A program made the translations under genes and the position numbers. From contig CP170459.1 in assembly GCA_047947115.1 (NCBI GenBank), positions 3,445,746-3,509,745 on the forward strand: a stretch of 64,000 nt of DNA. Direction: 5' to 3'. Below are positions 41,350-51,061 of this stretch, in pieces (the stretch's first letter is position 1; every line of letters begins with the position of its first letter). The stretch comes from Verrucomicrobiota bacterium (GTDB lineage: Bacteria; Verrucomicrobiota; Verrucomicrobiia; Limisphaerales; AAA164-E04). The notes beneath the pieces were generated by a model. It ran no database searches, had not been told where the DNA came from, and saw only the letters and a list, made by a program, of their open reading frames with translations.

Positions 41350-43059
41350 TCAAGGAACTGACTTGTTCAAGGCTTCCAATCGAATGTTGATGTCATCCAG
41401 TTTGGTATCCAGATTCCCTGACTCGGCAATTCTTTTCATGCCCGACAATATGTTTTCCTTTTCGGAATAATCCGGATCTGCTTCCAGGAGGGTCTCCATT
41501 CTTTGGATCGCTGATTCCAATTTGCCGGCCTGACGATCGATTCCTGCGAGTTCCAGGAGGATTCTGTTCCTTTGTTGTGGGGTGGGTTTGAGTTTGAGCG
41601 CTCGTTCGTAGGTGTAAATGGCTTCCTCCTGACGATTCAAGGTCATGTATAGATCCGCCAACTTCTCGCAAAGAGCAGGATGCAGCTTGGACAAGGGATC
41701 ACTTTCCAGGGCTCCAAGCACCACCGTTTTTTCCGCCCCATTTTGCAGTGCCTGATTAGCCGCCAGAATGCGCACCCAGGCCAGCAACGGACTGTTTGCG
41801 CCTCCCAATTCCATTTGCAGCAGTTCGATGGGTTTGCTCAGAGGTAAATAGAGCGGGTCGCCAACGATGGTTGTCTGCCATGAAAGCACGCGCTGGCACG
41901 CATAGGCGGCTTCTCCGAAACTGAATCCCATGAGCAGGCGCTCAAAAAACACTGCAATATCCGGAGTGGCGCCCAAGTAGGGCTCGTATACGCATCCCAT
42001 CGTCGCTGTCGCCCCTTTTGCCAATAAGGGGCCTGCCCAATGCTTGTCGGAGGTGCGCAGTTTGGCGGCGCTTTCGGAATGCAGATGGTAAGCGATGGCT
42101 CCGGGCATGAATTCCACTTCTTCGCGAGTGAATGGCCCCGTGACGTGCGCTGTATACCATCCGGCGTAAAAGGCGATTTGACTCATTGGAAATCCCTCGG
42201 AAAAGAGGTTTTCCTGGTCGTCAAGGGTAGTCTCAAATCCGGCTTTGGCGGCAAGTTGGGCCGCAGATCGAATCCAGTTGTCGCCCAGTAAATAGGAGCC
42301 GGTGCGGATGCCCCTAGCGTCAAAGTAGGTCCTTCCCCACAATCCTTCCTTCTCGGCTTGGATCGCTTTGTCAACAAGCCCTTTGGCTATCTCCGGAGTC
42401 GGTCCGTCCAGTCGGCTGACAATCATGACGCCGTTCTCCGGATGGAGATCCGTGGCTTTTTGCGTGGCATAAAGCGGGTTTTCGATGGGGCCGGCCAACA
42501 CAAGGCGCTTGGGATCCCGACCGAACCAGGACAGTTCATGATCCACTGCGGCACCGTTGAATCGGAGTTCCACGCGCATGGATTCCGTGGCGTCTTCATG
42601 CAGATTCGGATCGCCTTCAATGCGTACTGGAATGCCGTAACAGAGGACCAGATAGCGGATCTTGGATTTTTGAAGATTCTGATACACCGTTCCCGGACGT
42701 TCGCGTGTTGCCGGGACGATTTCGTAATCGGTGTCAAAGAATTCCCGATCCTTGAATATCTGAAACAGGGGATCGTGCAATGTTTCGTTGAAATCTTTGC
42801 GGGAAATGGTTTCCTCTTTGCTCAATTCAAGCCCGATCAGGTGGTTCTCCGGGATATTTCGAACGTCGGCATAATGATTCGCCACAGATTTGGATTCCGG
42901 CATGGCGCTGTTGTAAATCACCACCACACTTTTCTCCACGCCCGTTACTTCCGCTCTGAGGACCACTGATGCGGCGAGGTTGATGCCGGCCAGGATCAGG
43001 TAGATCAGGTGGCTGGATGCCAATGAATTGTAGAAACGGTCAAGTGAATGGGAATGCAT
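41350..43059 (-). CDS. Secreted hypothetical protein with C-terminal TPR repeats (possibly TIGR03790-like N-domain)
   Basis: 569 aa. N-terminal VVIYNSAMPESKSVANHYADVRNIPENHLIGL resembles a family I recall as TIGR03790 (unverified). C-terminal TPR-like helices (EEAIYTYERALKLKP..., AGKLESAIQRMETLLEADP). Confidence 0.45.
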   Translation of the reverse strand: MHSHSLDRFYNSLASSHLIYLILAGINLAASVVLRAEVTGVEKSVVVIYNSAMPESKSVANHYADVRNIPENHLIGLELSKEETISRKDFNETLHDPLFQIFKDREFFDTDYEIVPATRERPGTVYQNLQKSKIRYLVLCYGIPVRIEGDPNLHEDATESMRVELRFNGAAVDHELSWFGRDPKRLVLAGPIENPLYATQKATDLHPENGVMIVSRLDGPTPEIAKGLVDKAIQAEKEGLWGRTYFDARGIRTGSYLLGDNWIRSAAQLAAKAGFETTLDDQENLFSEGFPMSQIAFYAGWYTAHVTGPFTREEVEFMPGAIAYHLHSESAAKLRTSDKHWAGPLLAKGATATMGCVYEPYLGATPDIAVFFERLLMGFSFGEAAYACQRVLSWQTTIVGDPLYLPLSKPIELLQMELGGANSPLLAWVRILAANQALQNGAEKTVVLGALESDPLSKLHPALCEKLADLYMTLNRQEEAIYTYERALKLKPTPQQRNRILLELAGIDRQAGKLESAIQRMETLLEADPDYSEKENILSGMKRIAESGNLDTKLDDINIRLEALNKSVP

Positions 43060-43063
43060 GATA

Positions 43064-43888
43064 TCAACTCAAAACAGATTGAGGCGTAATCGCCAGTTTT
43101 AATCCATCATATGCCAGGCTCACCCCGGGCGGTAACTCGGCCTGATGAAGGTCGTGATCGTAATCGTGTGTCAAATGAGTGAACCAGGTCTGCTCCGCGC
43201 CAATGCGTCTGGCTGTGGTAAGTGCTTCGTCGTAGCACATGTGAGTCGGGTGAGGCTGGAAACGCAAAGCATCCAAAACGACCACAGGGATCCCTTGGAC
43301 CTGTTCGATGATCTTCTCAGGGACTTCTTTGCAATCGGTGAGATATGCCAGCAAGGGATTGCCTCCGATGCTGAAGATGTAGCCGAAAGAAGTCATTTTA
43401 CCGTGGGGCAACGGCGCCGGTGTGATATCAAGGTTTCCAATGGAAAACGGTCCGTCCACCGTTCTTGGGTCGGGATGAAAATACCCTTTGAAGATGGGGC
43501 CTCCATGAAAGGCGTATTCGAACACCCGTTTGATGTGTTTAAAAGCTTCCGCGCTGGCGTAGACTGGCAGGGGCTTGTCTGCTTGATGACAAAAGCGGCG
43601 GCAATCGTCCATACCCATAATATGGTCGGCGTGCGCGTGGGTGATTAATACGGCATCCACCTGCTTGATGCCCTCCCGTAATACCTGAATACGCATTTCA
43701 GGGGTCGTGTCCACCAACAGTCGCACCTGGCTGGTCTCTACATAAATGGATGGGCGTGTACGGTGGTTCTTGGGGTTGGCCAGGTACTCTTCAGGATAGT
43801 CCGCTCCGATGATGGGCACTCCCTGAGAGGTTCCGGATCCCAAAAACACGACATTTAACTGCTCATCTGTCAATTCTGTGTCTGTCAT
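43064..43888 (-). CDS. MBL-fold metallo-hydrolase (PhnP-like)
   Basis: [13 protein letters not shown]..., [16 protein letters not shown] (HxHxDH). Confidence 0.8.
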   Translation of the reverse strand: MTDTELTDEQLNVVFLGSGTSQGVPIIGADYPEEYLANPKNHRTRPSIYVETSQVRLLVDTTPEMRIQVLREGIKQVDAVLITHAHADHIMGMDDCRRFCHQADKPLPVYASAEAFKHIKRVFEYAFHGGPIFKGYFHPDPRTVDGPFSIGNLDITPAPLPHGKMTSFGYIFSIGGNPLLAYLTDCKEVPEKIIEQVQGIPVVVLDALRFQPHPTHMCYDEALTTARRIGAEQTWFTHLTHDYDHDLHQAELPPGVSLAYDGLKLAITPQSVLS

Positions 43889-43949
43889 TTACGTTTTAAC
43901 TTGGCGAAAACCTAGCACGGAAGGCAAATTGGTCACGATCTTTTATTCG

Positions 43950-45641
43950 ATGTTAACCACGCTGCGCATCAAGAATCTTGCCCTGGTAACCGATCTGACA
44001 CTGGAACTCAGACCGGGGTTCAATATTGTCTCCGGTGAAACCGGGGCCGGTAAATCCATTATTATCGGGGCCTTGAACCTGATTCTCGGGCAGCGCGCGG
44101 ATCGATCACTCATCCGTTCGGGGGCGGATCAGAGTGTAGTGGAGGCCGTGTTTGAGGTTAAACCGATCAAATCACTGCTGGACCCCGTCCTGGATGATCT
44201 GGGGCTTGAGCCCTGCGAGGACGGGGTGTTGATTCTTAAACGGTCCATCAAGGCGGTTGGGGCAAATCGACAGTTCGTCAACGGATCTCCCACCACCCTC
44301 GAGGCATTGGAACACGTGGGCCAGTTTCTGGTGGACATGCATGGCCCACATGATCATCAATCCCTGCTGGATGGCGCCCGCCAGTTGGAGATCCTGGACG
44401 CCTATGGCAATCTGGAACCCCTTCGACAGGCATTTGAGGATTGTCTGATGGAATGGCGGCACTTGGAAAACCACAAGGCCTCACTCTTTGTCGATGAACA
44501 AACCTATGCGCAACAGCTGGAGTTGCTCAGGCATCAGGTTCGGGAAATCGAATCGGCCCAGCTCGATCCCAAAGCCGAGGAAGAACTCGAAGCGAATTAC
44601 GAGCGAACCCTAAACGCGGCAAAGTTGCTGGAGCTTGGACAGGGAGCACTCTATGCATTGAACGAACAGGATGGATCCCTCTGGGATATCTCCGGATCGA
44701 TCGGGCGCGCCATTGATTCCATTTCCTCACTGGATGGACGGGGGAGCGAATTGCATGAGTTGCACCAACAATGCACCCAGAGTGTGGCCGATTTGGAACA
44801 GGCTCTCTCCAACTACGTGGACGGGTTGGATCTGGATCCCGCGATGCTGCACGAGATGGAGGAACGTATTTCGGTCATACAATCGTTGAAGCGCAAGTAT
44901 GGGCCAACACTCGAACAGGTTATTGAATTCGGTAAAAAAGCGGCTGCCAAGCTGGAAGAGTTGGAGTCTCGCGAAGAGACCCTGGCTCATTTGAACGCCG
45001 ACATTGAAAAGCAGATGTCCAAGTTATCTGCGGCAGGAAAAAAACTGTCCAGGGCGAGGCAGGCATTGATTCCCGATTTGAACAAGGCGGTCGTTGCCGA
45101 GTTGAAGGACCTTGGATTCAAACAAAGCCGCTTTGATGCAAGCTTGACCACCCAGCCTGTTCTGTCCAGCAAGACCGGACACATTCAGGCGACCGTGACC
45201 GGTCTGGATAAAATCGATTTCCAATTCGGTCCCAATCCAGGCGAGCCCATCCGTCCGCTCAAGCTGATTGCTTCGTCCGGTGAAATGGCACGTGTGATGT
45301 TGGCGTTAAAATCCGTTCTCGCCGAACAGGACCGCGTGCCTTTACTGGTATTCGACGAGGTGGATGCCAATGTGGGCGGCGAGACAGGAAAGGTGGTGGG
45401 TGAAAAGATGAAGCAAATCGGTCAACGCCATCAGGTGATTTGTATTACCCACCTCGCTCCCGTGGCTGCTGCCGCCCCTCATCATTTTTTGGTGGAAAAG
45501 ATCGAGAAAGACGGACGCACCGTGTCGGAAATCAACGAACTTTCAACCAAGGACCGTGTGTTAGAAATTGCACGCATGCTGGGTAGTGGCGGTAAAGCGG
45601 CCATCAAACACGCCAAAGCTTTGCTGGCCGGCGAGGAATAA
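43950..45641 (+). CDS. recN: DNA repair protein RecN
   Basis: Track ORF 43878..45641 trimmed to ATG 43950 (MLTTLRIKNLALV). Walker A GETGAGKSIIIGAL, long coiled coil, signature/Walker B ASSGEMARVMLALK...LLVFDEVDANVGG. Confidence 0.9.
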   Translation: MLTTLRIKNLALVTDLTLELRPGFNIVSGETGAGKSIIIGALNLILGQRADRSLIRSGADQSVVEAVFEVKPIKSLLDPVLDDLGLEPCEDGVLILKRSIKAVGANRQFVNGSPTTLEALEHVGQFLVDMHGPHDHQSLLDGARQLEILDAYGNLEPLRQAFEDCLMEWRHLENHKASLFVDEQTYAQQLELLRHQVREIESAQLDPKAEEELEANYERTLNAAKLLELGQGALYALNEQDGSLWDISGSIGRAIDSISSLDGRGSELHELHQQCTQSVADLEQALSNYVDGLDLDPAMLHEMEERISVIQSLKRKYGPTLEQVIEFGKKAAAKLEELESREETLAHLNADIEKQMSKLSAAGKKLSRARQALIPDLNKAVVAELKDLGFKQSRFDASLTTQPVLSSKTGHIQATVTGLDKIDFQFGPNPGEPIRPLKLIASSGEMARVMLALKSVLAEQDRVPLLVFDEVDANVGGETGKVVGEKMKQIGQRHQVICITHLAPVAAAAPHHFLVEKIEKDGRTVSEINELSTKDRVLEIARMLGSGGKAAIKHAKALLAGEE

Positions 45642-45671
45642 TACAACTCGGAGAAGAGCAAGCTCCCGTTT

Positions 45672-45832
45672 GCGCACACTTCAGACCTTGTGGCGTTCAG
45701 GATCCGTTAAGTGTGCGAAGGAAACGCGGTTGGTGTTCGGGAACCGAGATCTACCCGCGTTCCGTGGTTTTTTGGTTGGCGATACTTTGAGGGAGAAGTT
45801 TGGGATCGAGGTGGAACTCGTCCCTCCATTTT
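45672..45832 (+). repeat. Second diverged solo copy of the 189 bp element
   Basis: CTTCAGACCTTGTGGCGTT (18/19 versus the unit), CCCGCGTTCCG 75 nt further on (76 nt in the unit), and GGTGGAACTCGTCCCTCC versus the unit's GGTGGCACCCGTCCCTCC. Same orientation; in the 3' region of recN. Confidence 0.6.
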
Positions 45833-45840
45833 AATGAAAA

Positions 45841-45865
45841 AGCGGGAAGGCATTGCCTTCCCGCT
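45841..45865. terminator. Bidirectional intrinsic terminator between recN and the convergent LamG gene
   Basis: 11 bp stem AGCGGGAAGGC / GCCTTCCCGCT, loop ATT, followed on + by TTGTGATTTC and on - by TTTTCATT. Confidence 0.7.
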
Positions 45866-45891
45866 TTGTGATTTCAAATGATGTGCCTCGA

Positions 45892-48800
45892 CTAGTTTGG
45901 TGCAACCACCACATTGTCGATGTAGAACCCGGCGCCTTCACCCACACTGTCGGTCACCAATCGGAATTCGAGACGAATCTTTCTTCCAGCGTTGGCTCCT
46001 GCAAGGCGAACACTTCGGTCCGTCCAGGCATTGGTGGCTCCGGCCATGACCCATACCTGTTCGATCAGGTTACCCGATTCATCGAGTACGTTGACACTGA
46101 CATTGTGGAATTCAATGTCCGTATCCACCTGATGAAATTCGGAGAAAGTCAGGTTGGCGATCGGTACTTCGGTCAAATCGATGACCGGCGACAGCAACCA
46201 CGCATCGGAATTTTGCTCGAAATTTCCGTCCAGATCCGTTGCATAGGCATTGCTGCCTGAGGCGGCACCGTTGGGGCCGGAAGTCGGTGTTCCCAGTTCC
46301 CATTCGTCCTGACTGCCACCATGTGTCCAGCCGGGAGCTCCGGATTCGAAGTCGTCTTCAAATACAGGCGGCGGCGGCAGTGAAACGATTTGATAGAAGC
46401 CAGCGCTTTCCGGTGCGGCGAATGTGGTGGTGAAGTTCCCATCCCCCAAGTCCTGCATGTTCAATCCCTCGAGATCACTCCAGGGATCGTTGATGCTTGC
46501 TTTGGCTTGTACAGCGTGGGTGCGGGTTGTGAATGGCGTGAAGAAGTTCAACGTCAAGTTGCCTCCGTCAGCGCCAAGTGATTGAATGGATATGGGGTCC
46601 AGCTCTTCCGATAAGGGTTTGCCGCTTAATCCATTGGCGTAAATGGACAGGATGTCGTTGTTGGACAGAGCGCGTTGCCAGATACCCAGGTCATCCATGC
46701 CGCCTTGGTATGGGCGGTTGATCCAATTATCATCCTCGATTTCATAATTCCCCAATACGAGCGGCAATGAGGTCAATTCACCTAATTGTCCTTTTACGGG
46801 GGCGCCTACAGGTTCTCCATTCTTGTACCACTGGATGGTTCCGTTGCGGGCGACATAGGCGAAGTGCTGCCAAAGCTCGGCATCCACTGTTCCCCCCGGC
46901 GAAGAGTAGGGGGTTTTGCCGATGCCATGCACGCGGGCGACACCCCCATTGATCAACACGAAGTCGTAGTTGACGTCCTTGCGAATCACGCGATCAAAGT
47001 CGGAACCCCCGGAGAATAGAACCGGGTTCAACCAAACAGACACCGTGGCTTCGGCTGCCAGGTTCAATGAATCACTGTGGGGCACTTCTCCGAAATCGTT
47101 GTCACCATCAAAGAACAAAGCGCCGCCAATCACTCCTGGCTGGTAAGCTCCTTCTTCAAAGTTTACCAGCGTGGCGCTGTTGTTGTTGCCGCTGGAGTCT
47201 TCCAAAGTGGTTCCCGATGTTTCGTCAAAGGTCAGGTGCAGTGCCAATCCACTGGTGATCGATCCCAACTCTTCCACCGTGAGCACGGCAGGTTCGCTGA
47301 TGGTACTGCCTTTGGCGTTTGAGATTTCAACCGTGTAGGCACCTGCATCGGCGGGAAGGATACGGGTGAGGGTGAATTGACGTCCGGTTGCTCCATCAAT
47401 GGCTTGTCCTTTGTGCATCCATTGATAGGAAACCGGTCGAAGTCCTGTAGCGACGACACTGAATGTGGTGGAAGTTCCTTCCAGTTTCTTTTGTCCTGCC
47501 GGCTGTACTTCGACAACAGGTGCTCCTGCAATATCTTTGCCAGCAAGTTCCAGCACTTCGGCTTCACTGATGGGACGTTGCCAGATGGACAACTCATCGA
47601 GTGTTCCATTCAGGTAACGGAGAGCGGTGTCCACGTCATCATAAGATCCGATCGTCAGAGGCAGATCATTGGGGACACCGAGGGTTCCGTCGGCGGGGTC
47701 CGCCATGGGGATGCCGTTGCGATAGAGGGTGACCGTGCCGTTTCGGTAAACCACGGTGATGTGCTGCCATTCCTCAAGCTGTATGGATCCTTGCGGGGCA
47801 TTGATCTCCCAACCGCCTTTCGCCACACCGCCACCATCATTGCCAGTACCGGCCCGAACCGTGAATGTGCGGGTAACCGTGCCCGGATCATTGACGATGC
47901 GGAGGCCAAGGTGGTTGCCTTTTCGAAGGATATAGCTGGATTCACGTGTGTAGTTGCCGGCGTCTTCAATTTCTCCATAGGAGCGAAGATTGACCCAGAA
48001 CGCGATGGAAGCCTCTCCTGTCAAAGCGTTCAATGAATCGCTGTCGGCAACTGCGACAAACGCTCCAGCCCCGTCAAAATCAAGTCCATTATCCACTTGT
48101 GCGTTGGTAAATCCGTTGCCGGCAAAACCGAGCAGTTCGCCATCATTGCCGTTGGACGAACCATCGGCTGCCGTTCCGCCGTTGCTTTCGTTGAAACTCC
48201 AGTACGCGACGCGTCCGGTATCCAGTCCGGTAACCGGAGTGACAGTAACCGTCGCGGAATCGCTGCGGATTTCCCCGGCGTCATTACTGATCACGACGCT
48301 GTAATCACCTGCATCGGCCGTGGTGACATCGGTGATCAACAAGGTGTCGGTTGTTTGTGAACGAAGGATTTCATCGCCGCGATACCAGAGGTAGCGCAGG
48401 GGAGGGGCTCCATCGCCGCTTGCTTTCAAATTGAGAGTGCTCCCTTCGAACACGATGGCGGATTGTGGATGGCTTACAACCGAAGGCGGACCTTCGGGTT
48501 CGCTGCCTGCAATGATGGTGCCGATCTCAGCTGCGTCGAGAGCTCTATTGTAAATCAACAATTGATCCATCGCCCCATTGAAGTGATTGCCGCTGTCATC
48601 TGAACCGATGTAAAGTGTCATTTGAGCGTCGTCGATGGGGCCGCTTGAGTCTACGGAACCCTTGAGTTCGCCATCGATATAAATGTGGGCTTGTGAGCCG
48701 TCAAACACACCGGCAATGTGATGCCAGACATCCGCATCAAAGGATTGACCGGAAGTAGCAGTTCGATTGGCTCCACCATCTTTGATGAGGAAGTTCATGC

Positions 48801-49215
48801 CACCATTACCGACCCCTTGGAGAAAGAAGTAGCTGTTACCCTTTTCCAGCATGCGGTTTCCGGCGCCACCCGCATCCAGAGGCACGTTGGATTTGAACCA
48901 GGTCATGATGGTCATGGCGGTGTTGATGTCGCCTCCTATGGCCGGATCATCCGGAACTTCGATGTGATTGCTTCCGTTGAAGGCAATCGCGCCGCCATCC
49001 CTTCCGACCAACCAGTGGGACGAGTCGTTGTCGAAACCAATCAAGTCTCCGTTCAATCCGTTGACGCTTTCGGAAGCAACCAAGCCGCTCGTTTCGTCGA
49101 AGTCCCATTGGGCCACGAGGCCGTCGGAGACCGCCGGCTGGGCTGCTGAAGCTGGCAAGGTATACACGCCTGCCAGAGCGACTGCAATAGCCGCATTACG
49201 TAGTGTTCGTTTCAT
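45892..49215 (-). CDS. Giant secreted LamG (concanavalin A-like lectin) repeat protein with Ig-like I-set domains and C-terminal MAM-like domain
   Basis: 1107 aa with signal peptide. Four LamG_3-like modules (recurring ...WHHIAGVFDG..., ...WQHITVVYRNGTVTLYRNG..., DELSIWQRPLS-type endings). Two Ig modules (LRYLWYRGDE...ADAGDYSVVISNDAG; VSYQWMHKGQ...ADAGAYTVEISNAKG). C-terminal FEDDFESGAPGWTHGG... Confidence 0.8.
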   Translation of the reverse strand: MKRTLRNAAIAVALAGVYTLPASAAQPAVSDGLVAQWDFDETSGLVASESVNGLNGDLIGFDNDSSHWLVGRDGGAIAFNGSNHIEVPDDPAIGGDINTAMTIMTWFKSNVPLDAGGAGNRMLEKGNSYFFLQGVGNGGMNFLIKDGGANRTATSGQSFDADVWHHIAGVFDGSQAHIYIDGELKGSVDSSGPIDDAQMTLYIGSDDSGNHFNGAMDQLLIYNRALDAAEIGTIIAGSEPEGPPSVVSHPQSAIVFEGSTLNLKASGDGAPPLRYLWYRGDEILRSQTTDTLLITDVTTADAGDYSVVISNDAGEIRSDSATVTVTPVTGLDTGRVAYWSFNESNGGTAADGSSNGNDGELLGFAGNGFTNAQVDNGLDFDGAGAFVAVADSDSLNALTGEASIAFWVNLRSYGEIEDAGNYTRESSYILRKGNHLGLRIVNDPGTVTRTFTVRAGTGNDGGGVAKGGWEINAPQGSIQLEEWQHITVVYRNGTVTLYRNGIPMADPADGTLGVPNDLPLTIGSYDDVDTALRYLNGTLDELSIWQRPISEAEVLELAGKDIAGAPVVEVQPAGQKKLEGTSTTFSVVATGLRPVSYQWMHKGQAIDGATGRQFTLTRILPADAGAYTVEISNAKGSTISEPAVLTVEELGSITSGLALHLTFDETSGTTLEDSSGNNNSATLVNFEEGAYQPGVIGGALFFDGDNDFGEVPHSDSLNLAAEATVSVWLNPVLFSGGSDFDRVIRKDVNYDFVLINGGVARVHGIGKTPYSSPGGTVDAELWQHFAYVARNGTIQWYKNGEPVGAPVKGQLGELTSLPLVLGNYEIEDDNWINRPYQGGMDDLGIWQRALSNNDILSIYANGLSGKPLSEELDPISIQSLGADGGNLTLNFFTPFTTRTHAVQAKASINDPWSDLEGLNMQDLGDGNFTTTFAAPESAGFYQIVSLPPPPVFEDDFESGAPGWTHGGSQDEWELGTPTSGPNGAASGSNAYATDLDGNFEQNSDAWLLSPVIDLTEVPIANLTFSEFHQVDTDIEFHNVSVNVLDESGNLIEQVWVMAGATNAWTDRSVRLAGANAGRKIRLEFRLVTDSVGEGAGFYIDNVVVAPN

Positions 49216-49522
49216 GCTGATAGCAGTTAGTGATTTGTAGTTCTGGATAAGAGTTTTGATTCAATCAGATTCAGGGTTGATGCGCAAGGGGAAGATTGAG
49301 CCCTCACAGGCTCCAAGCACCGGTAGGACGTGCTGTCCCCGGCGCGTCACCTTGTAGTATCCATAGGTTCGAAACAGGCTCGTTTTGGGAAGCCTGTGGT
49401 ATTTGAATACCCTCATCCATCCATCATTGCACAGGACGGGATGATCAAATCTACCTTGCCGCCCCAACGCGTGCACAGTATTGGCCTGACGTGGTGTGTT
49501 TCCTTCACTATGATCAAAGCCC

Positions 49523-51061
49523 ATGAAAAAACGGTTCTTTTGGGTGTTTCTGATGTGTTGGTGTTTTGTCGTGAAGTCTTTCGCAACGGATAAGAACTTC
49601 TACGGCATTCGAGCGGTGGATGCTCAAACCAAACGTGGAGTTCCATTGATAGCATTAAAGACCGTGCACCATGTTTCTTATTGGACGGATAGCTTGGGGT
49701 ATGTGGTGGTGGACGAACCCGGGTGGTATGATCGGGAGGTTTACTTTTATGTGAGCGGTGATGGATATGAGGTGGCCACGGATGGCTTCGGATATCAAGG
49801 AGTGCGCCTGAAACCCAGGGCTGGTCAAATCGATGAAATCGTCGTCCGACGCACTCAATTGGCTGAGAGGATGTATCGCATCACGGGTGCGGACAAATAT
49901 CGAAATGCGCAGTTGCTGGGGATTGATTTGCCTTATGAGAGTTCATGGCCGGATGGAAATGTGGTCGGCCAGGATTCCGCCCAGGCAAAGGTTTATAATG
50001 ATCGCATATATTGGTTCTGGGGAGATACGTCGATTTTTCGATATCCTTTGGGCAATTTTAGAACTGCAGGGGCTTATTCCCTGAAATCCGGGCAAGGTGG
50101 TCTTTCACCGGCTCAAGGGATTTTGTTGAACTATTTCGTTGACGAAAACGGAACGAACGCCGGGATGTGTCCGATGCCTCCGAATGGAAATCTGATTTGG
50201 ATCGATGGATTACTGGTGGTGAAAGATGCAAATGGTAAAGAAAGAATGGTGGCGCACTATTCCAAGCGAAAATCATTGTCGGAACAAATGGAACATGGCC
50301 TGGTTGTTTTTGATGATACGACCCAGCGATTCGGGTTGTTGAAAACATTCGAACAGGAAAATACTTGGCAACATCCCCGAGGGCATCCGATACGTGTTGC
50401 TTTTCCCGAGGGTGATTTCTTTGTTTTCGGAGATGTATACTATCACATCCGTGTGCCGGCTGATTGGGAAGCTGTTCAGGATCCAAACCAATATGAAAGT
50501 TTCGGACCGGACGATAGTGGTTCGTTGCATCTTCAATGGCGAAAAGGCAAACCGCCTCTGACGGTGAAACAAGAGCGAGCAGGCATTGATTCAGCTTCCA
50601 TGCCTGAGGGCGACGCCTGGTTGCAGCCGAAGGATGTGATGACAGGGATGCCCATCGTTCTCCACCGTGGCTCCGTTCGGTGGAACAAGCATCGTCAAAT
50701 GTATATCATGATTGCCAATCAGATCGGTGGTGACTCCATGTTGGGTGAGGTTTGGTATGGAGAAGCCTCACGCCCGGAAGGTCCATGGCAAAAGGTAATC
50801 AAGGTGGCAAGTCACGCAGACTATTCCTACTACAATCCAGTGCACCGTGAATTCTTCGATCAGGAAGGCGGACGGATGATTTACTTTGAAGGCACCTACG
50901 TGACGACCTTCTCAGGAAATGAGCATCCCGTGCCACGTTACGATTATAATCAATTGATGTATCGCCTGGATCTGGATCATCCGGGTTTGGCCGATGTGCG
51001 ACAGGCCTATGACGAGCGAGGCCAGAATGGTCGGGGTGTCACTTGCTCTCCGGCTGAATGA
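49523..51061 (+). CDS. Secreted hypothetical protein
   Basis: 512 aa ORF with clear signal peptide MKKRFFWVFLMCWCFVVKSFA. No catalytic motif recognised (WFWGDTS segment noted). Its 3' end overlaps the convergent gene by 23 bp. Confidence 0.55.
   Translation: MKKRFFWVFLMCWCFVVKSFATDKNFYGIRAVDAQTKRGVPLIALKTVHHVSYWTDSLGYVVVDEPGWYDREVYFYVSGDGYEVATDGFGYQGVRLKPRAGQIDEIVVRRTQLAERMYRITGADKYRNAQLLGIDLPYESSWPDGNVVGQDSAQAKVYNDRIYWFWGDTSIFRYPLGNFRTAGAYSLKSGQGGLSPAQGILLNYFVDENGTNAGMCPMPPNGNLIWIDGLLVVKDANGKERMVAHYSKRKSLSEQMEHGLVVFDDTTQRFGLLKTFEQENTWQHPRGHPIRVAFPEGDFFVFGDVYYHIRVPADWEAVQDPNQYESFGPDDSGSLHLQWRKGKPPLTVKQERAGIDSASMPEGDAWLQPKDVMTGMPIVLHRGSVRWNKHRQMYIMIANQIGGDSMLGEVWYGEASRPEGPWQKVIKVASHADYSYYNPVHREFFDQEGGRMIYFEGTYVTTFSGNEHPVPRYDYNQLMYRLDLDHPGLADVRQAYDERGQNGRGVTCSPAE

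Noticed and set aside
51039-51061. 23 bp overlap of the 3' ends of convergent genes
   Set aside because: Small convergent overlaps are common, and there is no evidence of regulatory significance.
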